A DNA stretch of 64,000 nucleotides from the human T2T-CHM13v2.0 reference genome, Homo sapiens (GCF_009914755.1 NC_060926.1), one strand, 5' to 3'; shown: positions 25,459 through 40,142, counted from the first letter of the stretch. Notes: generated by a model from the letters alone, not told the origin. Program-made: numbers and translations.

Positions 25459-27023
25459 TCAACTTCAGAAAAATAAAGAAAGAAGTATTCACATCTGGCA
25501 AAGTAGCATCAAAGTGGACTTCCAACTCTTACTTTAGCAAAAGAAGATCTGACTTAGGGCACATTAGGGGCTTTTTGCAGGAATGGAGCCTAGTTTCAGT
25601 AAAAACTTTTAGATATCTGTGTTTGGACATAGATCTCACAACTTAAATATAAAATATTTAGCCAATTTGGCCCAAATGGTTATAATAAAATCATGAAATC
25701 CTAATTAATTGGTCTTTCAAAAGACCAATGAATTAACTACAGTTGTACAAAGACACTACTTTATTCTCTATTAGTCTTTTATTTCTTTAAAATCAAAGAA
25801 CAGAATCACCATAAATGAGAAAGCAGCATCCATTTTTGACTTGTGTATTAGGCAGGCCCCACAAAAACATCATAAAGGAGTAAGGTATAAGATGTTATTC
25901 CAAAAGTCTTCTGTTGTTTCATGTCATATATTTAGAGCAATAAACATTGTTTTGTCTATTTTGAGGTTTGATTTCTCTCCTAGAAAATATGATATTTCAT
26001 TAAACCAGTATGTGTTCATGGTTTCTTTTCATCTCTTTTTAAATCTCCTCCAGTCATTAAGTTGCCCAGAAGCCTTTCCAGATAAGAAAGCAAAGGATAT
26101 TTGAAAATAACATAAAACCAGACCAAATTCCTATGCACTAAAAAACCTAGGAACGCATAAATTATATAAATTGTGTGTTCTTGTTACACACAGTTAAAAT
26201 TACTGTCGGTGCCAGCTGTCTTTACATCAGAGAGGATATTTTGATCTCTGCTGAGCCCTATCTGTGTAATTATTTAACATTGTTCTTTAGCCCTCTCAAC
26301 TTCCATTTATCAGTGCCAACATCCAGGGTGCCTTCCAGAAAAGAGTAAAACAGTTGATTTTGTTTTTCTGATTTATTTATTAAGACTTTCATATTAATGC
26401 CCAAAATATTATACAATATGCAAAACTATTTAAATCTATAAGTTATGTTAACACAAATTAAAACCAAAACAAAATGTATCAAAATTGAGTCAGAGTACAA
26501 ATAGGACATAGGACTATGATGTGTATTATTTAGACTGAAGCTGACTTTGCAGGAAGCCAAAACATCCAGTTGATTCAATTAAAGAAAAGAGAAACTCAGT
26601 TGATCCAGATGTCTGGCATCATAAAATCCAAACACAGGAATGATTGATTGAATCTTTGACGTGATTCACCAGATGTTTTAGCCTCTTGGAGACAGACTAA
26701 AAGGAAAGGATTCGGATGGGTTTCAAATTCCTTCATTTCTCCCTGGGTACCCAGTGTGAATCTTCTTTGTTTACAATTTAGTTACCTTCTCCAACTACTC
26801 CCTGAACCGTTTAGTAATGTTATCTCACATTCTTATTCAGACTGAATCTTGGGATATTCCAATCAAGTAACAGATTCAGAACCAAGTGGCAATATATAAA
26901 CATTCTGGTTTCCTTTCTTTCTAAATATATAGATAGCTTCATGATTTCTTTTTTTTTTTCCTCTGGAAAGACCACATGTAAAATCTAATAGGATCAGCTG
27001 ACATGATAGGTCCAGGAGAAAAA

Positions 27024-27434
27024 TAGTTGGCCCTTGAACACCATGGGTTAAAGCATCTCAATTCCACTTATACATGTTGAGATAGCAAGACCAACCCCCA
27101 CCTCCTTCTCCTCCCTGGCCTACTCAATGTGAAGACTACAAGGATGAAGACCTTTATGATGATAAACTTCCACTTAATGAACAGTAAATATATTATCTCT
27201 TATGATTTTAACATTTCTTTTCTCCAGCTTACTTTATTGTAAGAATATAGTACATAATACATATAACACACAAAATATTTATTCATAAACATTTATGTTA
27301 TTGGGAAGGCTTCTGGTCAACAGCAGGCCATTTGTAGTTAAGTTCTGGGAATGTCAAAAGTATGTTACATGTGGATTTTCAACTGCACAGGGTGGTTGGC
27401 ACCCGTAACTCTCATGTTGTTCAAATGTCAAATG
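27024..27434 (+). mobile_element. Tigger2a (MER28) DNA transposon MITE
   Basis: TIRs tagttggcccttgaaca / tgttcaaatgtcaaatg. Internal cctactcaatgtgaagac...gatgaagacctttatgatgat. Confidence 0.9.
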
Positions 27435-27849
27435 TATTCTTGAGAGGCATTATTAGCTTGATTTCTCTGCAGTGTGAACATTGGCTGTTCAGATTGCCTA
27501 TAATCAGCTTACTTCATATTAAATCACTAATGAGTTGATGGGGAGATAAACTCTCTCTCAAAGGAAATAAATTAGAAACTGACAATTACAGAAACAAAGA
27601 GAAGTGAATGTAAGAGGGTCTCTTCATAGAACCACCCATGGGATGAGGAGGTTTGCCTGAATTCTGAATTGTAAAAGCCCAGCTCTTATTTGGAGCATGC
27701 TAAAGGGCAGAAGCCACCCAGGGTGTAGGCAGAAAGATTCCATCCTGTGTGTAACAATTTGAAAGAAAGAAAATTGATGATTCTATTATATCCCCACCTT
27801 TGGCCTGAATTTCCCATCCCTGAGAGCAATGTGACGACAACGCTCACGT

Positions 27850-28030
27850 TTTATAGCTGGGTACAGCGTCCTGTGCATTCTTTCAATTGATTAGCTTAAT
27901 AATTCTTTAAGAAATGTATTTTTAACCCCATTTCACTTAAAAAGATAAAGGTTTGCCTAAGGACACACAACAGTGAGCCATGATCCAGGACACAGATATT
28001 CCAACTGCTAGTCTTACTCAGTACCACGAC
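27850..28030 (-). mobile_element. MIR fragment
   Basis: ccccatttcac...ttgcctaaggacacacaacagtg. Confidence 0.6.
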
Positions 28031-28769
28031 TGACTCTGCAAATTAGTTATAAAAGAAACATTGAGACTTGTTCCAGGAAGACACTAGGTAAAATACACAC
28101 CCAAGAAGTTTCTTTCCCAGAACATTATGAACATAGCACCCAAGAGTTTTATTTATCAGATTAGTCAGTCAACACCTTGAACTTTAAAGGAGGTAAACAC
28201 AGAACAAGCCTACTTGGGATCCAAAAACTACTATAAAATCTCATGTATTTGAAGATAAACTTTGCTGAGCCAAACTTATAATTATGAACTCAAATATTCT
28301 GGAAAACAAATTTTAAAACATTTCTGCCCCAAAGAGCAATATACTGAGGGAAAAGCCCATGGTATTTCTTCTCTCTCTGAATTTCTAGAATTCTGTTATC
28401 TAGTTAGGTTTTAACGTGCCATATAATGTCTATTCCTAGAAGGCATGCTGCCTGAAGATATATTTTGATGTTCTAAGTTAAATTGCAAAGAGTAACAGCA
28501 GTGTAGGGGATATGTAATCTATGGGCTTTATCCTGCCTGAAAGGGCCCCAGATTCAACACTCTACCACTGATTTCATCTGCTTTCTCAGTCAACATCTTT
28601 TTAAAGCACTGTATCCTCAGCCAACCATCAAACTTCTTAGCTTTTTCACCCATAATCAACCCATCTCAAAAATCACCACCATCACTGAAGCTTTGAGAAG
28701 AAAAATCTCCTCTTTGGTGAACACTTTTGTTTACCCAGCATCATTTTGTTTTTGTTTGTTAACAAGTGT

Positions 28770-29242
28770 TGCTCCTCCACTTGGCCAGGTATTTATGATT
28801 TGATTCTACTCCCCTCTCCTGGCATAAGGCTAAACACATGGCTAAATTCAACCAATCAGAGAATAGTGTTCTCAAGTCAAGCAATTGGTTTTGGCAAGGA
28901 CTTTGATCCATACCGAGCCAAAGAGTGTCCGTCCAAGGGCTTTTGCTGGCACTATCAGAGAGGAGGGTTTCTCTCTTCTCTGGTGTCAATAACTATAAGG
29001 AAAACATGTCTAGGAAAGAGAATGTGAAACATACCTGAGGAAAAGCCAATAAAGTGGAAAACAGAGCTGAAGATGGAACGAAAAACATCATCTGACCTCC
29101 CAGCCCACCTATCCCTAAAAGATATCACAACTACCTTTGATTCTTCAGTTACATACATGAGACCATAAATGCATTTTCTTTTCCTTAGGGTACTGTGAGT
29201 TGGGCTTCAAATTTTTATAATCAAGACTTCTGTCCAACATAC
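28770..29242 (+). mobile_element. MLT1J/K-like MaLR LTR
   Basis: aaccaatcagag...cttttgctggcactatcagagag...ttcttcagttacatacatgagaccataaatgc...gagttgggcttc. Confidence 0.65.
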
Positions 29243-29399
29243 TCTTCAACCTAACCTTTAAGCATTCCCAGTACTCAAATTCCTGAACTCTTTAAATTAT
29301 AGTGAGGCCAAACTCATTTTAAACAATGGAGCTTTGGAATCACAGGACTTTTAATTGACATGGCAGCCATGAAAATGTGACTCGATCTATCACAATAAG

Positions 29400-29590
29400 G
29401 AAAGTACTTGATTGATGTCTCCAGCTGCAATGTCCAGAATCTACCACCACTTTTGATCCAAAGCCTTGCTTCTCACAAGCTGCTCCCAGCCAATGACTGA
29501 ATGACACAGGGCTACTTAGTAAGCCACTCTTACTAGAGGTGGAACAGCTCCGAAGAGTGGCATTGGTTGGAGAGCTCACTGTCACCCTAG
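29400..29590 (+). mobile_element. ERVL LTR fragment (LTR33/LTR16-related)
   Basis: The block gctgctcccagccaatgactga is typical of this LTR group. Boundaries are uncertain. Confidence 0.4.
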
Positions 29591-32480
29591 TCCTAGGCTT
29601 TCTGGCTTTTATTCCTAAACAGTCATACTGATTTCTATTACAGATGGTTACAAACTGTGTTTTCCACCAGAAAATGGCAATGTTGTTCCAAAGGCAAAAT
29701 AGAGCAAAACATAATGACTAATGAAGGGGCCATTTGTTGTTATCTCTAGGGGTTCAATGCCAAAATGCAAGAAGGAAAAAGAGAGCTACTGCAGGTATTC
29801 TGCAAGAGGTGAAAACAACTTCTGCCTTTTCCCCTGTCTTATTGCCTTCTTTGTTTTCTTTTTTTTTTTTTTTTCACTCAGTGTGGTGGCAGGAGCAGGT
29901 TCAAGCTACATGTGAAGAGGTAATAAATGTCATGTTAACAGCATGCTTCCAAAGAGGGCTTTATTTCATGACTACCCACTTATGCAAAACACATGGACTT
30001 CACCTTGCCCTATAGAAATGTTTTTCATTCCACATTTATATCCTTAACGGAACAAATGAAACCTTGTAATGAAAATTACACATATGTAAATGAACTACTA
30101 TATTGATATGCTATATTAATTATGCCATATTAAATTATCTCAAATAATATAGATGCTTCCATATTTTAGTGTACATTAAGCAAGATCTGCCTATAATTCA
30201 GTGTAGATGTTGAGGACTGAATTTCTTTTTTAAAAAGATGGTGTTTTCCTGTCCAAGCATTCATTTTCATGGCTTCAAAACTACCTAAGCATAGGTAGCC
30301 AAAATAAATACCTTATCCTTTACAGGGGGAAATGAAATGGAAATTTAAATTTAAATTGAGAAATCCTTGCCTGTTAAAGTTGTGTTTGTTTTTGTGAAAA
30401 TAAATAAGACACCTATCATTTACATGCTTCAGTATGAAACACTTTTACCTCTCTCTGTTGCCAATATCTAGTGAGCTAAACCCATAGTCACAAATGGCCA
30501 ACTTGATGATTCTATTTATGGCCAAAATGTTGTTATTTGAAATGATAAAGAACATCCCATCATGGCTAGTATTTCAGCTTTCTATGGCTAAGTGTGTTCA
30601 CTAAACATATAATAAAATCAACACATTTATTGTCATAGATAAGACCTCTAATTAGTGAATAAAATTCAAATTCACAGGGGTTCTTTTGCGTGCGGTAGGG
30701 GTAGTGGTGGAAGGCTTCTCACAGAATACTGTATCATCTGCTTGAAAACTAAAAAATACCAACATCGTCAAAAACCTTCTGAGATTCCAATCATTGATTT
30801 AAATAAATAAATAAATACTCATTAAAATGCAAGCTTTCAAAATGACATCGAATTTGGCATATGTACAAAAGCATCTGGGAGAATTAAAATCAAAGTTTGA
30901 GTTACATGGGCTCTGGTTGACTTTATGCTGCTAAAAGCACTGGTCTTTGAGCACGCCCCAAAAATGCAGCTACATGATGCAATCGTATTAGCAATGTAGT
31001 AAAACGCACTGTATGAAATAATAGATTTTTACAAGGACAAAGGCCATATGTAACAAACCATTTTTTTTTCCTAAATTGTCTGTGAGCTCCATTGCCCTAT
31101 GGATGAAGCTGCTCCATAATTAGTCGTGGTAGTCCGGAGATTTCCCTGCCTTGCAATGCCACACAAGCCCCTGTTTTCGTTTATGGGAGCCAATGATTCA
31201 TAGGGTGCACCGAGAAATCTTTTATCAATTAGTTGTGAAGGATCATACTCCCATCTTGATTTGTATCAGCCTGGGTGGAAACCACTTTTGCCGAGGACTG
31301 TATAGTTCACCAAGATGTGCTTTCCCCCACCCCCCACAACCCCACTCAATTCTAGCTTCGTTTCCCAAGACAGAGTGCTGCTGTACGTGGAATTCAAGAA
31401 AACAAAGTGGTTCTAACTTGCAGTCGATTCTACTGGGGAAAATAAATCTTGCAATCTGTTGCTGTGTTAAGATTAAAGAACATCAGGACTAGGGAAAAAT
31501 ATACTCTGTGTCTAGCTGGAATCCATTGCTGTCACACATGACAAAATACAACTCAAAGTAAATATGGCTTTACTACACGGAGCCTTTTAACTTTTAGCCA
31601 ATTGTCATACAGAATACAGAGATATAAGTATAGTAAACATAGCATGATGTACAATTTCACAAAAACAGAAATATTTCCAAACATGCCAGGGCATGACAGT
31701 GATGTAGTATTTCAGGACTGCTTTTTGTGTAACCCTGTTTACCAAGCTTAATTTTCAAAATGACAAACCGCTTCCAAAACTAGCAATTCTTCCATTTCCC
31801 GCTAATTGGTGTCTACAATAACACACTCTCCTCCATTTATGGAGCTGATGCTGCAGATTTGCCATTTTCCAGGCCCAAGTAGGTAGATCATGAATGAGCC
31901 TGTCATTAGCAGGGATACATTTGTGCTTGTAGAAACAAGAGGCTATTTGCCCCTTGTCCTCAATCTTGTGACCATCAGCACATATCAGTAAGATGGTGGG
32001 CTAGGAATGGGGGTGCAAGCTATGGCCATGGCTCTGGACTTGTGGATCCTCCTACAACCTTGACCTTGTGAAAGCCACTGAAGACAATATCCATAAGTCA
32101 CTGGATACTGCAGAACTAGAGCAAACAGCTATTTTCTGGGTCACTGCCCTATCCCATCAACAATTCAAAACATGACATTACAATATATGTCACATCTTCT
32201 ACTAAGTTTACTTTTGAAAAATGATTATATACACAGAGGAAAAGCTGCTTGACACCTTCTCAGACTTAGAAGAACCTTGATTAACCTGCTCAGACACCTT
32301 ATACTATGTTCAAGAATATTGAGGCAGCTATGACAATATAGTAGGAAAAGGGAAACAAATCACTCTGCAATAATCAATTCATAGGTAATTGCTAAACATA
32401 TACTATCAAGATATATACAAATACGTATCCACTTCCTCAGATATGGGTCTCTAGGAAATAAATATAAAGATAACTACTTA

Positions 32481-32877
32481 GTTTTTTTATTTTTTTACTT
32501 TAAGTTCTAGGATACATATGCAGAACATACAGGTTTGTTACATAGGTATACATGTGCCATGGTGGTTTGCTACACCTATCAACCTGTCACCTAGGTTATA
32601 ACCCCTGCATGCATTAGTTATTTGTCCTGATGCTTTCGCTTCCCCTGACCCACCTCGACAGGCCCTGGTGTGTGTTGTTCCCCTCCTGTGTCCATGTGTT
32701 CTCATTGTTCAACTCCCACTTATAAGTGAGAACATGTGGTGTTTGGTTTTCTGTTCCTGTGTTAGTGTGCCGAGAATGATGATTTCCAGATTCATCCATG
32801 TCCCTGCAAAGGACATGAGCTCATTCTTTTTTATGGCTGCATAGTATTCCATGGTGTATATGTACCACATTTTCTTT
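32481..32877 (-). mobile_element. 5'-truncated L1PA8-like 3' end with a 15-bp TSD
   Basis: Reverse L1PA 3' UTR (catgtgccatggtggtttgc). Perfect TSD taaagataactactt at 32465-32479 and 32877-32891. Confidence 0.95.
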
Positions 32878-33485
32878 AAAGATAACTACTTTTGAAGTCT
32901 TGTTGAAATATAAACAAACTAGTACAAAGGGTTTCTAAAAATTAATATTATTGCAGGGCAATAAATCTACTGCTAACGAAACATACATCAATAATCAGTA
33001 CCCCTTCAATGAGAAGTTCTCAAATACTCCATTATATTTAGGATTTTGTAGGCACTGATGTTTAGAAATGCTTTTAGTTGTAAAAAGCATATTATAGGAA
33101 GGACAAACACTCCCAGCAATACATTAGCAGCTATTTATACTTTTATGTAGAACCTTCAAACCATAAAGATCATTGTTTAGCTATCATTTTATGATTCTTC
33201 TATGAACATGAACATATTAGTTTTGTTCTTTTGTGGGATGTGAACTACTAGTTCTAAAAAAGAAAAAATATAATAGGCTATCAGAAAAGGACAACTTGAT
33301 CATTGAGAAAGATGTAAACATTGTAAAATATAAGATTTTATTCCAATAAAAATATATTTGCAAGGAAAATACTTGGAACCCTAGGACAGAGCTAAATGAT
33401 GCTTCCCCAGAAAACATCAAATACTGAAGCATTTTTGAAAATGTTTGGAAAAACCTACTTCTAATGAATATTACAACATTTACCA

Positions 33486-34290
<805 letters not shown>

Positions 34291-35479
34291 TCAATCTTCA
34301 CACCAAAACATGTCTGTTCATCTTGATAAACTCCATAAAATTATCAAGAGAAAAATCACATTTAGTTCACACTAATATCATTTTAAGTACTCTGGAACAC
34401 TTTTTGACTGATCAAACTAATCACAAATGAATATGATATTTCTAAAGAAATTTATAGTGAAATTCATGTTCCTTTCTATCCTTCATATTTTTCTTAAATG
34501 ACCTATTAAATATATTGACTCATGTCTATTTTTAAGTTAATAATATGATCTACTTTTGTAATAAAATCAAGAAGTTAATGACTTTTGAAGCCGAAAATTT
34601 TTTAACCTTGTAGGATAAAAATTATAATATATTTTAATAAGAACACATGATGAAACTGAATAAAATGGAATGCTGTATGACAAGTTTGAACCAGCTCAAA
34701 CCTAATGTTCAAGACAGTTGAAAACTAAAGAGGAAGTTAATAAATTTCTGACGTTAAAATTGACCCAGTTAACATCTTATGTATTTTAAGAATATCTCTC
34801 ATTTGATTTTATTCTGATGGAAAGCCAATCTGAAAGCAAAATATAATCCATTAAATATGATTAGAATCATAAAAGTTATTACAGTACTTACACTGTTTTG
34901 TCAATGACTAGAACACCTCCTATTATCTTGTAATGTTTTGCAAAATATATCATTATTTGGTTGTAATAAGAAGTTTTAAATCTGGAGAGTTATTTTTGCT
35001 GCTAATTCAAGTCAAATCAAACTGCTATGCATTCTCATCCAAAACTCAGAGATCTTTAACCTCTAGTCAGTAAAAGTCACGGCTGATAAATATTTATAGA
35101 ACTCCTCACCAAAGCTTCTGTTTGTTACAATTTTCTCCAAGAATGACATGACCTAGGAATTTCCTGGACTCATGTTTCTGTTGTGATCTATAGAGTTCAG
35201 AGGCCTTTGCCACATTTAAATATAAAACCCTAGGGAGAACCTCTCAAAATCAAATTAAGTTTTGATGTTTGACATTCATTTCACATTGAAGCCACTTTTT
35301 TTGTTTTTTTCTTTTACTTTTCATCTGATAAGCTAAAAGGTCACATATGAGATAATGTATTATAGAAGATGAATATTAAAGTGATCAGGGCCGACAATTT
35401 TAATGACATCAAAAAAGTTGTTCATCTTTAAATTTCTATTTTATTACTCTGTTTTCCCCTAGGTTCCTTCCACCCTACC

Positions 35480-37200
35480 CTTCCTCCCCTACATACATCC
35501 AGGCACTCCCTCACCTTTTTGCATTTAGTTTTGAAGGAAAACTCTCCTTCCACTTGTTTAAAGCTAATTTGAGACCAATGAATAAACCCCGTGCCCTCCT
35601 GCCATTGTCTGGTATCTTGATCCATAATTTAGCCCTTCTTTACTCAATTTTTGACTCCCCCTTTCTTTAGTCACTATCTTCAAATCTCTCTCACTTTCAA
35701 GCACCTGCCTTTTATCTCATGTCCCTCCCTATTGACTTCCCTCTCTCTCTCTCATTCCCATCAGAATCAAGGATCTAGGACATGTCACCTTCAGATTTCA
35801 TCTCTTATAACTTCTTCATCTTCAACACATTCTGAGGAGGTTTCTGCCGCTGCCAATACACTCAAGCAGCTCACAGAGACATCACAAAAGCCTCCTATGC
35901 TGCAAGACCCAAAGGACATCTCTGGTGCTGTATTTTATGTCAGCTTCCCATGACATCTCTTGACCACTTCATTCTTCCTGAAATTCCACCCTGATTCCAA
36001 GCACCTCTCTCTCCTGATTCTCTCCCTACAATTCTCTCATCACTCCTTCAGTCTAACAGTGGGATACCCTACATTTCTCTCCTCTTCTCCCTTGTCATCT
36101 TCTCTGTCAGCCACCTCATTCATCTTTATGATAGCAACTCTAATCTATACGCGCTGATGGACTGTAAACTGAATCTCCACCCTAGACCTCTCCTGTATAT
36201 CTAAGTTATACTTCCCCTTTCGTAAGAGACATCACACCTGCAATTATTGTTTGAAGACTTCCTTTATGACTATTAGTAACTTCACAAGGACAGAGACTAT
36301 CTCTGTCGTGTTCGTTGCTGAGTCCCCAGTATCAACCTGGGATATGCGTCTGAAAGGGACTCAATACAAACTTGCTGAGTTGAATGAGTTGATGTTCCAT
36401 AGACACGTTACACTCAATGTGTCAAACATAGACTCCTAATCTTGAGAAAATAGCCACCCTCTAAAACTGGTCTTCCTTCTACATTTCCTGTCTTGATTGA
36501 ATTTCACTAATATCCCTCCACTTTCTTAAGCCCAAAACTTGAGGACAGTTTTCTGACTCCTCTTTCCCTTACCTCCCATGGTGAGGCACTCATCAAGTTC
36601 AGCTAATTCAAGTATCTCTCTTGAATGAGAATCTGCTCTTTCCTTTATTGCCCTAGGATTCTAACTGCATCCAGGTAACTAGATGTTTCCATCTGATCTT
36701 TTTTTCCTTGCACTTCCCCATGACGACCTCAGGGCTCTTTATAAAATGCAAATCAGGTCACATCACTTCACAGCTGAAAGCTTTTCAGTGGTTCCCCAAC
36801 AGGTTTAAATGTCTTAGTCCTTTTTAACATGATTATATGTGTGTGTGCATGTTCACGTGAATGTGAATGTGTGTGTATGTATATGTGCATGTCTATGTGC
36901 ATGTGTCAATCTTTCCTGACTTCACCCTATTTGTTCAGTCTTTCTTCCTATTGCTCTTCCCTTACTGCTTCTAATTTTGCTCCAGCAATACCAGATAATT
37001 TACAGTTCCCCAAACGACGCATATTGCTGGAATGTCTCTGACAGGTTTGTCTTGATTCACAGAATTCAGTTCAGAGGCCCTACTTCTCAAAGGCCACCCC
37101 TGGTTCCTCCCACTCTCCATGGCTAATTGCTCCCTCCTCCATTCTGTTCCACTTCTCAGTACTTACTTCCACTGTTGCCTTGATGACCCTGGACTCTGCT
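35480..37200 (+). mobile_element. LINE-2 ORF2/3' fragments with a nested second L2 3' end (~36240-36392)
   Basis: ttgaccacttcattcttcctgaaa, ctatacgcgctgatg (YADD-like region), ccctagacctctcc, aaatgcaaatcaggtcacatcactt. Confidence 0.75.
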
Positions 37201-37227
37201 GAGTATATCATCCATCAATCCCAAGTC

Positions 37228-38085
37228 TTTTTTTAAAAAATAGTCTTTATTTCCTAGAGCTGTTTTTGTTTCATATCAAAATTGAGCAGAAAGTATAGAG
37301 ATTTCTCATATCCCCCCCTAACCCAACACGTGCACAGCCAACCCACTATCAGCATCCTACTCCAGAGTGGTACATTTGTTTAAACTGATGAACTAACCTT
37401 TATGCAAGGTATTAGTCTGTTCTCACGCTGCTAATAAAGACATACCTGAGACAGGTAATTTTATAAAGAAAAAGAGGTTTAATGGACTCACAGTTCCACA
37501 TGGCTTGGGAGGCCTCACAGTCATAGCAGAAGTTGAAGGAGAAGCAAAGGCATATCTTACATGCTGGCAGGCAAGAAAGCATGTGCAGGGGAACTGCCCT
37601 TTTAAACTGCCCTTTATAAAAGCATCAGATCTCATGAGACTTATTCACTATCATGAGAACAGCACCAAAAAGACCCACCTCCATGATTCAATTACCTCCC
37701 AGTGGGTCTCTCCCATGACAACTGAGGATTATGGGAGCTACAATTCAAGATGAGATTTGAGTGGGGACACAGCCAAATCATATCACACATCATCACTCAA
37801 AGTCCATAGATTACATTGGGGTTTACTTTTGGTGTGTATTGTACAGCTTTTGACAAATCTATAATGACTTGTATCCACCATTACAGTTCATGCAGAGTAG
37901 TTTCACTGCCCTAAACATTCTCTTTGCTTTGCCTCCTCCCCCGCAACCCCTGACAATATTGATCTTTTTCCTATCTCCACAATTTTGCCTTTTTCATAAT
38001 ATCATATAATTGAAACCATACAGCAAGTAGCCTTTCCAGAATGTCTTCTTTCACTTAGTAATATGTATTTAAGTTTCCTTCATAT
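37228..38085 (-). mobile_element. L1MC1/2-like 3' end interrupted by THE1B
   Basis: aaaattgagcagaaagtatagaga...agagtggtacatttgtt | catcactcaaagtccatag...tttcactgccctaaa. Confidence 0.87.
37408..37784 (-). mobile_element. THE1B/C solo LTR
   Basis: tattagtctgttctcacgctgctaataaagacatacc...gtggggacacagccaaatcatatca. Small internal duplication aactgccctttt/aactgcccttta. Confidence 0.93.
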
Positions 38086-38799
38086 AGTCAGTGGCATTTT
38101 ATCTTTGCTTTCCTCTTATCTAAGATAGTTCTGGTCATAGAACAGGTATCAAATAATTTTAGTTGGATTAAATCTATAATTTGTTGTGATTGTATAGTGA
38201 TTTGCATGTTTTCTTCCTTGAAAATATATTGTTCTATAATTGTCTGACTTCTATCTCTTATTTTAAAAGAAAAAAGAGTACCAAGCAAAAAAGGACTTTA
38301 AATCTACTTAATAGTCTCTTTTAGGTTTTTATGCACAATTTTAAAAGATGAGGGATAGTATTTTCCAAATGTAATCCTGAGATTTGCAAATATACATTTG
38401 TGCTTTCCTTTGAATTAGAAGCAACATGTGTTCATTGACAATTGAACTTCTTGTTTCCTTAAAACTGTACCTTCTGTTGCACTTAGTTCCTTCTATCTTG
38501 ACCATCTTTCCCCAGTCATGCCTTTCAGAATGAAAGATAGCCTTAAGGTTGACTTGATAAACTAAGCTTTTATCTATAGCAGCTATTTTGCCATCCTTCA
38601 TAGAATTCTCTGAATTTATTTCAAGAGTAACAAGTCAAATAATCATTCCACTTTCTATCAAAATTAAGAGTATTTTGACCTAAAATAAACAAGAATGCTT
38701 GGCTAATCCTACTATTGAAACTGATTATTTGTATCACCATATTTCATTGTCATGTGAATCCACCTCAACTACCTGAAAGCATACACACTAATCCATTAT

Positions 38800-38952
38800 T
38801 TCTCCACTGTTGGTGAACATCAGCTCCTAAGGTTAATATCCCCTGGCCACAGCTCAGTAGACATCCAGTAGGAACCAGCAAAATGCATCTTTAACAAGTA
38901 TCCCAGGTGATTCTGTTGCAGATCATGTGAGGATCTGATTTCTGAAATGCCG
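38800..38952. mobile_element. MER5-like hAT-Charlie fragment
   Basis: tgcatctttaacaagtatcccaggtgattctgttgca. Confidence 0.55.
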
Positions 38953-39803
38953 TACTTCATATCAGAATACTTGGAAGCTAGCGGCTACTAGCAACAAGAA
39001 ACTTCTCAGTGAAAGTAATGAGATTGATCATCTGTTAAATTTAATGCTCTATTCTAAATGAAAATTGCAGGAGCAAACCTAATTGATTTCCATGCATTAA
39101 CAGGGGGAAAATAATCAAAATGTCTCTAATACCTCAATCTGTAGGACAGTTTGTACTTAAAAAGACAATTTTTTTTTTTCACTAGTGTGGCTACACTCTG
39201 GGTGAGAAAATTTTCAAGAGTCTGAAACTCAAGAAAATTGTATCTTCTAGAGGTAGGTTGGAAATTTTGAGAATGTGTTCAAAATCTGGAAAGCTCTGAT
39301 GTTATTTTTCCCACAAGATTAGAAATATGCTTACTTTGTCAGAGAATCAGCAATTGCATTTAAGTCTACACAGGGACCAGAAAGGTTTGCATGGCTGAGA
39401 CCGATTAACTGAAATCCAAATAACAAAACTCTTTTTGTTACCTCCTCTGCTGACCCCACTCCCTTTCTCAGCACGAGCTCAGACACATATAAGTGACTTC
39501 ATTCTTAGTATCTCATACTGTTTTACTAATTAGTTGTGCCAGTGAGATAATCTTGATATGCTTGCTCTCTACTCTTAAACTGATAGACAATAACAAAATT
39601 ATGTTCTCAATTAAAGGAAAGTAACTGGTAATTGATCAGCTCACAGTGGGATTTGCTAAAGCATATTGTGACTTTGAGCTGAAAGCACATCATAATCAAG
39701 GTTCTTAGTAAAGGACCAGGAACAAGCTAATGGTCCCAGGGCTTTCTGAAAGTGTGATTATGTTTGCTTTTCTTCTTGAATATAATAATGCTAGTAGAAT
39801 CTT

Positions 39804-40142
39804 TTTAGTAGTCCATTTTCACACTGCTATAAAGACATACCCAAGACTGGGTAATTTATAAAGGAAAGAGGTTTAATTGACTCATAGTTCCACATGTCTG
39901 GGGGGCCTCAGGAAACTTATAATCATGGCGTAAGGCAAAGGGGAAGCAAAGACCTTCTTCACATGGTGGCAGGAAAGAAAGAGAAAGCAAAAGGGGAGGA
40001 GCACATTATAAAACCATCAGATCTGGTGAGAACTCATTATCATGAGAACATCCAATCACCTTCCACCAGGCTCCTCCCTCAACACCTGGGGATTACAATT
40101 CGAGATGAGTTTTCAGTGGGGACACAATGCCAAACCATATCA
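39804..40142 (-). mobile_element. THE1D solo LTR with a 5-bp TSD
   Basis: TSD atctt at 39799-39803 and 40143-40147; THE1 termini. Confidence 0.93.

Noticed and set aside
35320-35342. Weak resemblance to the U2 snRNA 5' end on the minus strand
   Set aside because: About 10 matching bases with no extension; chance.
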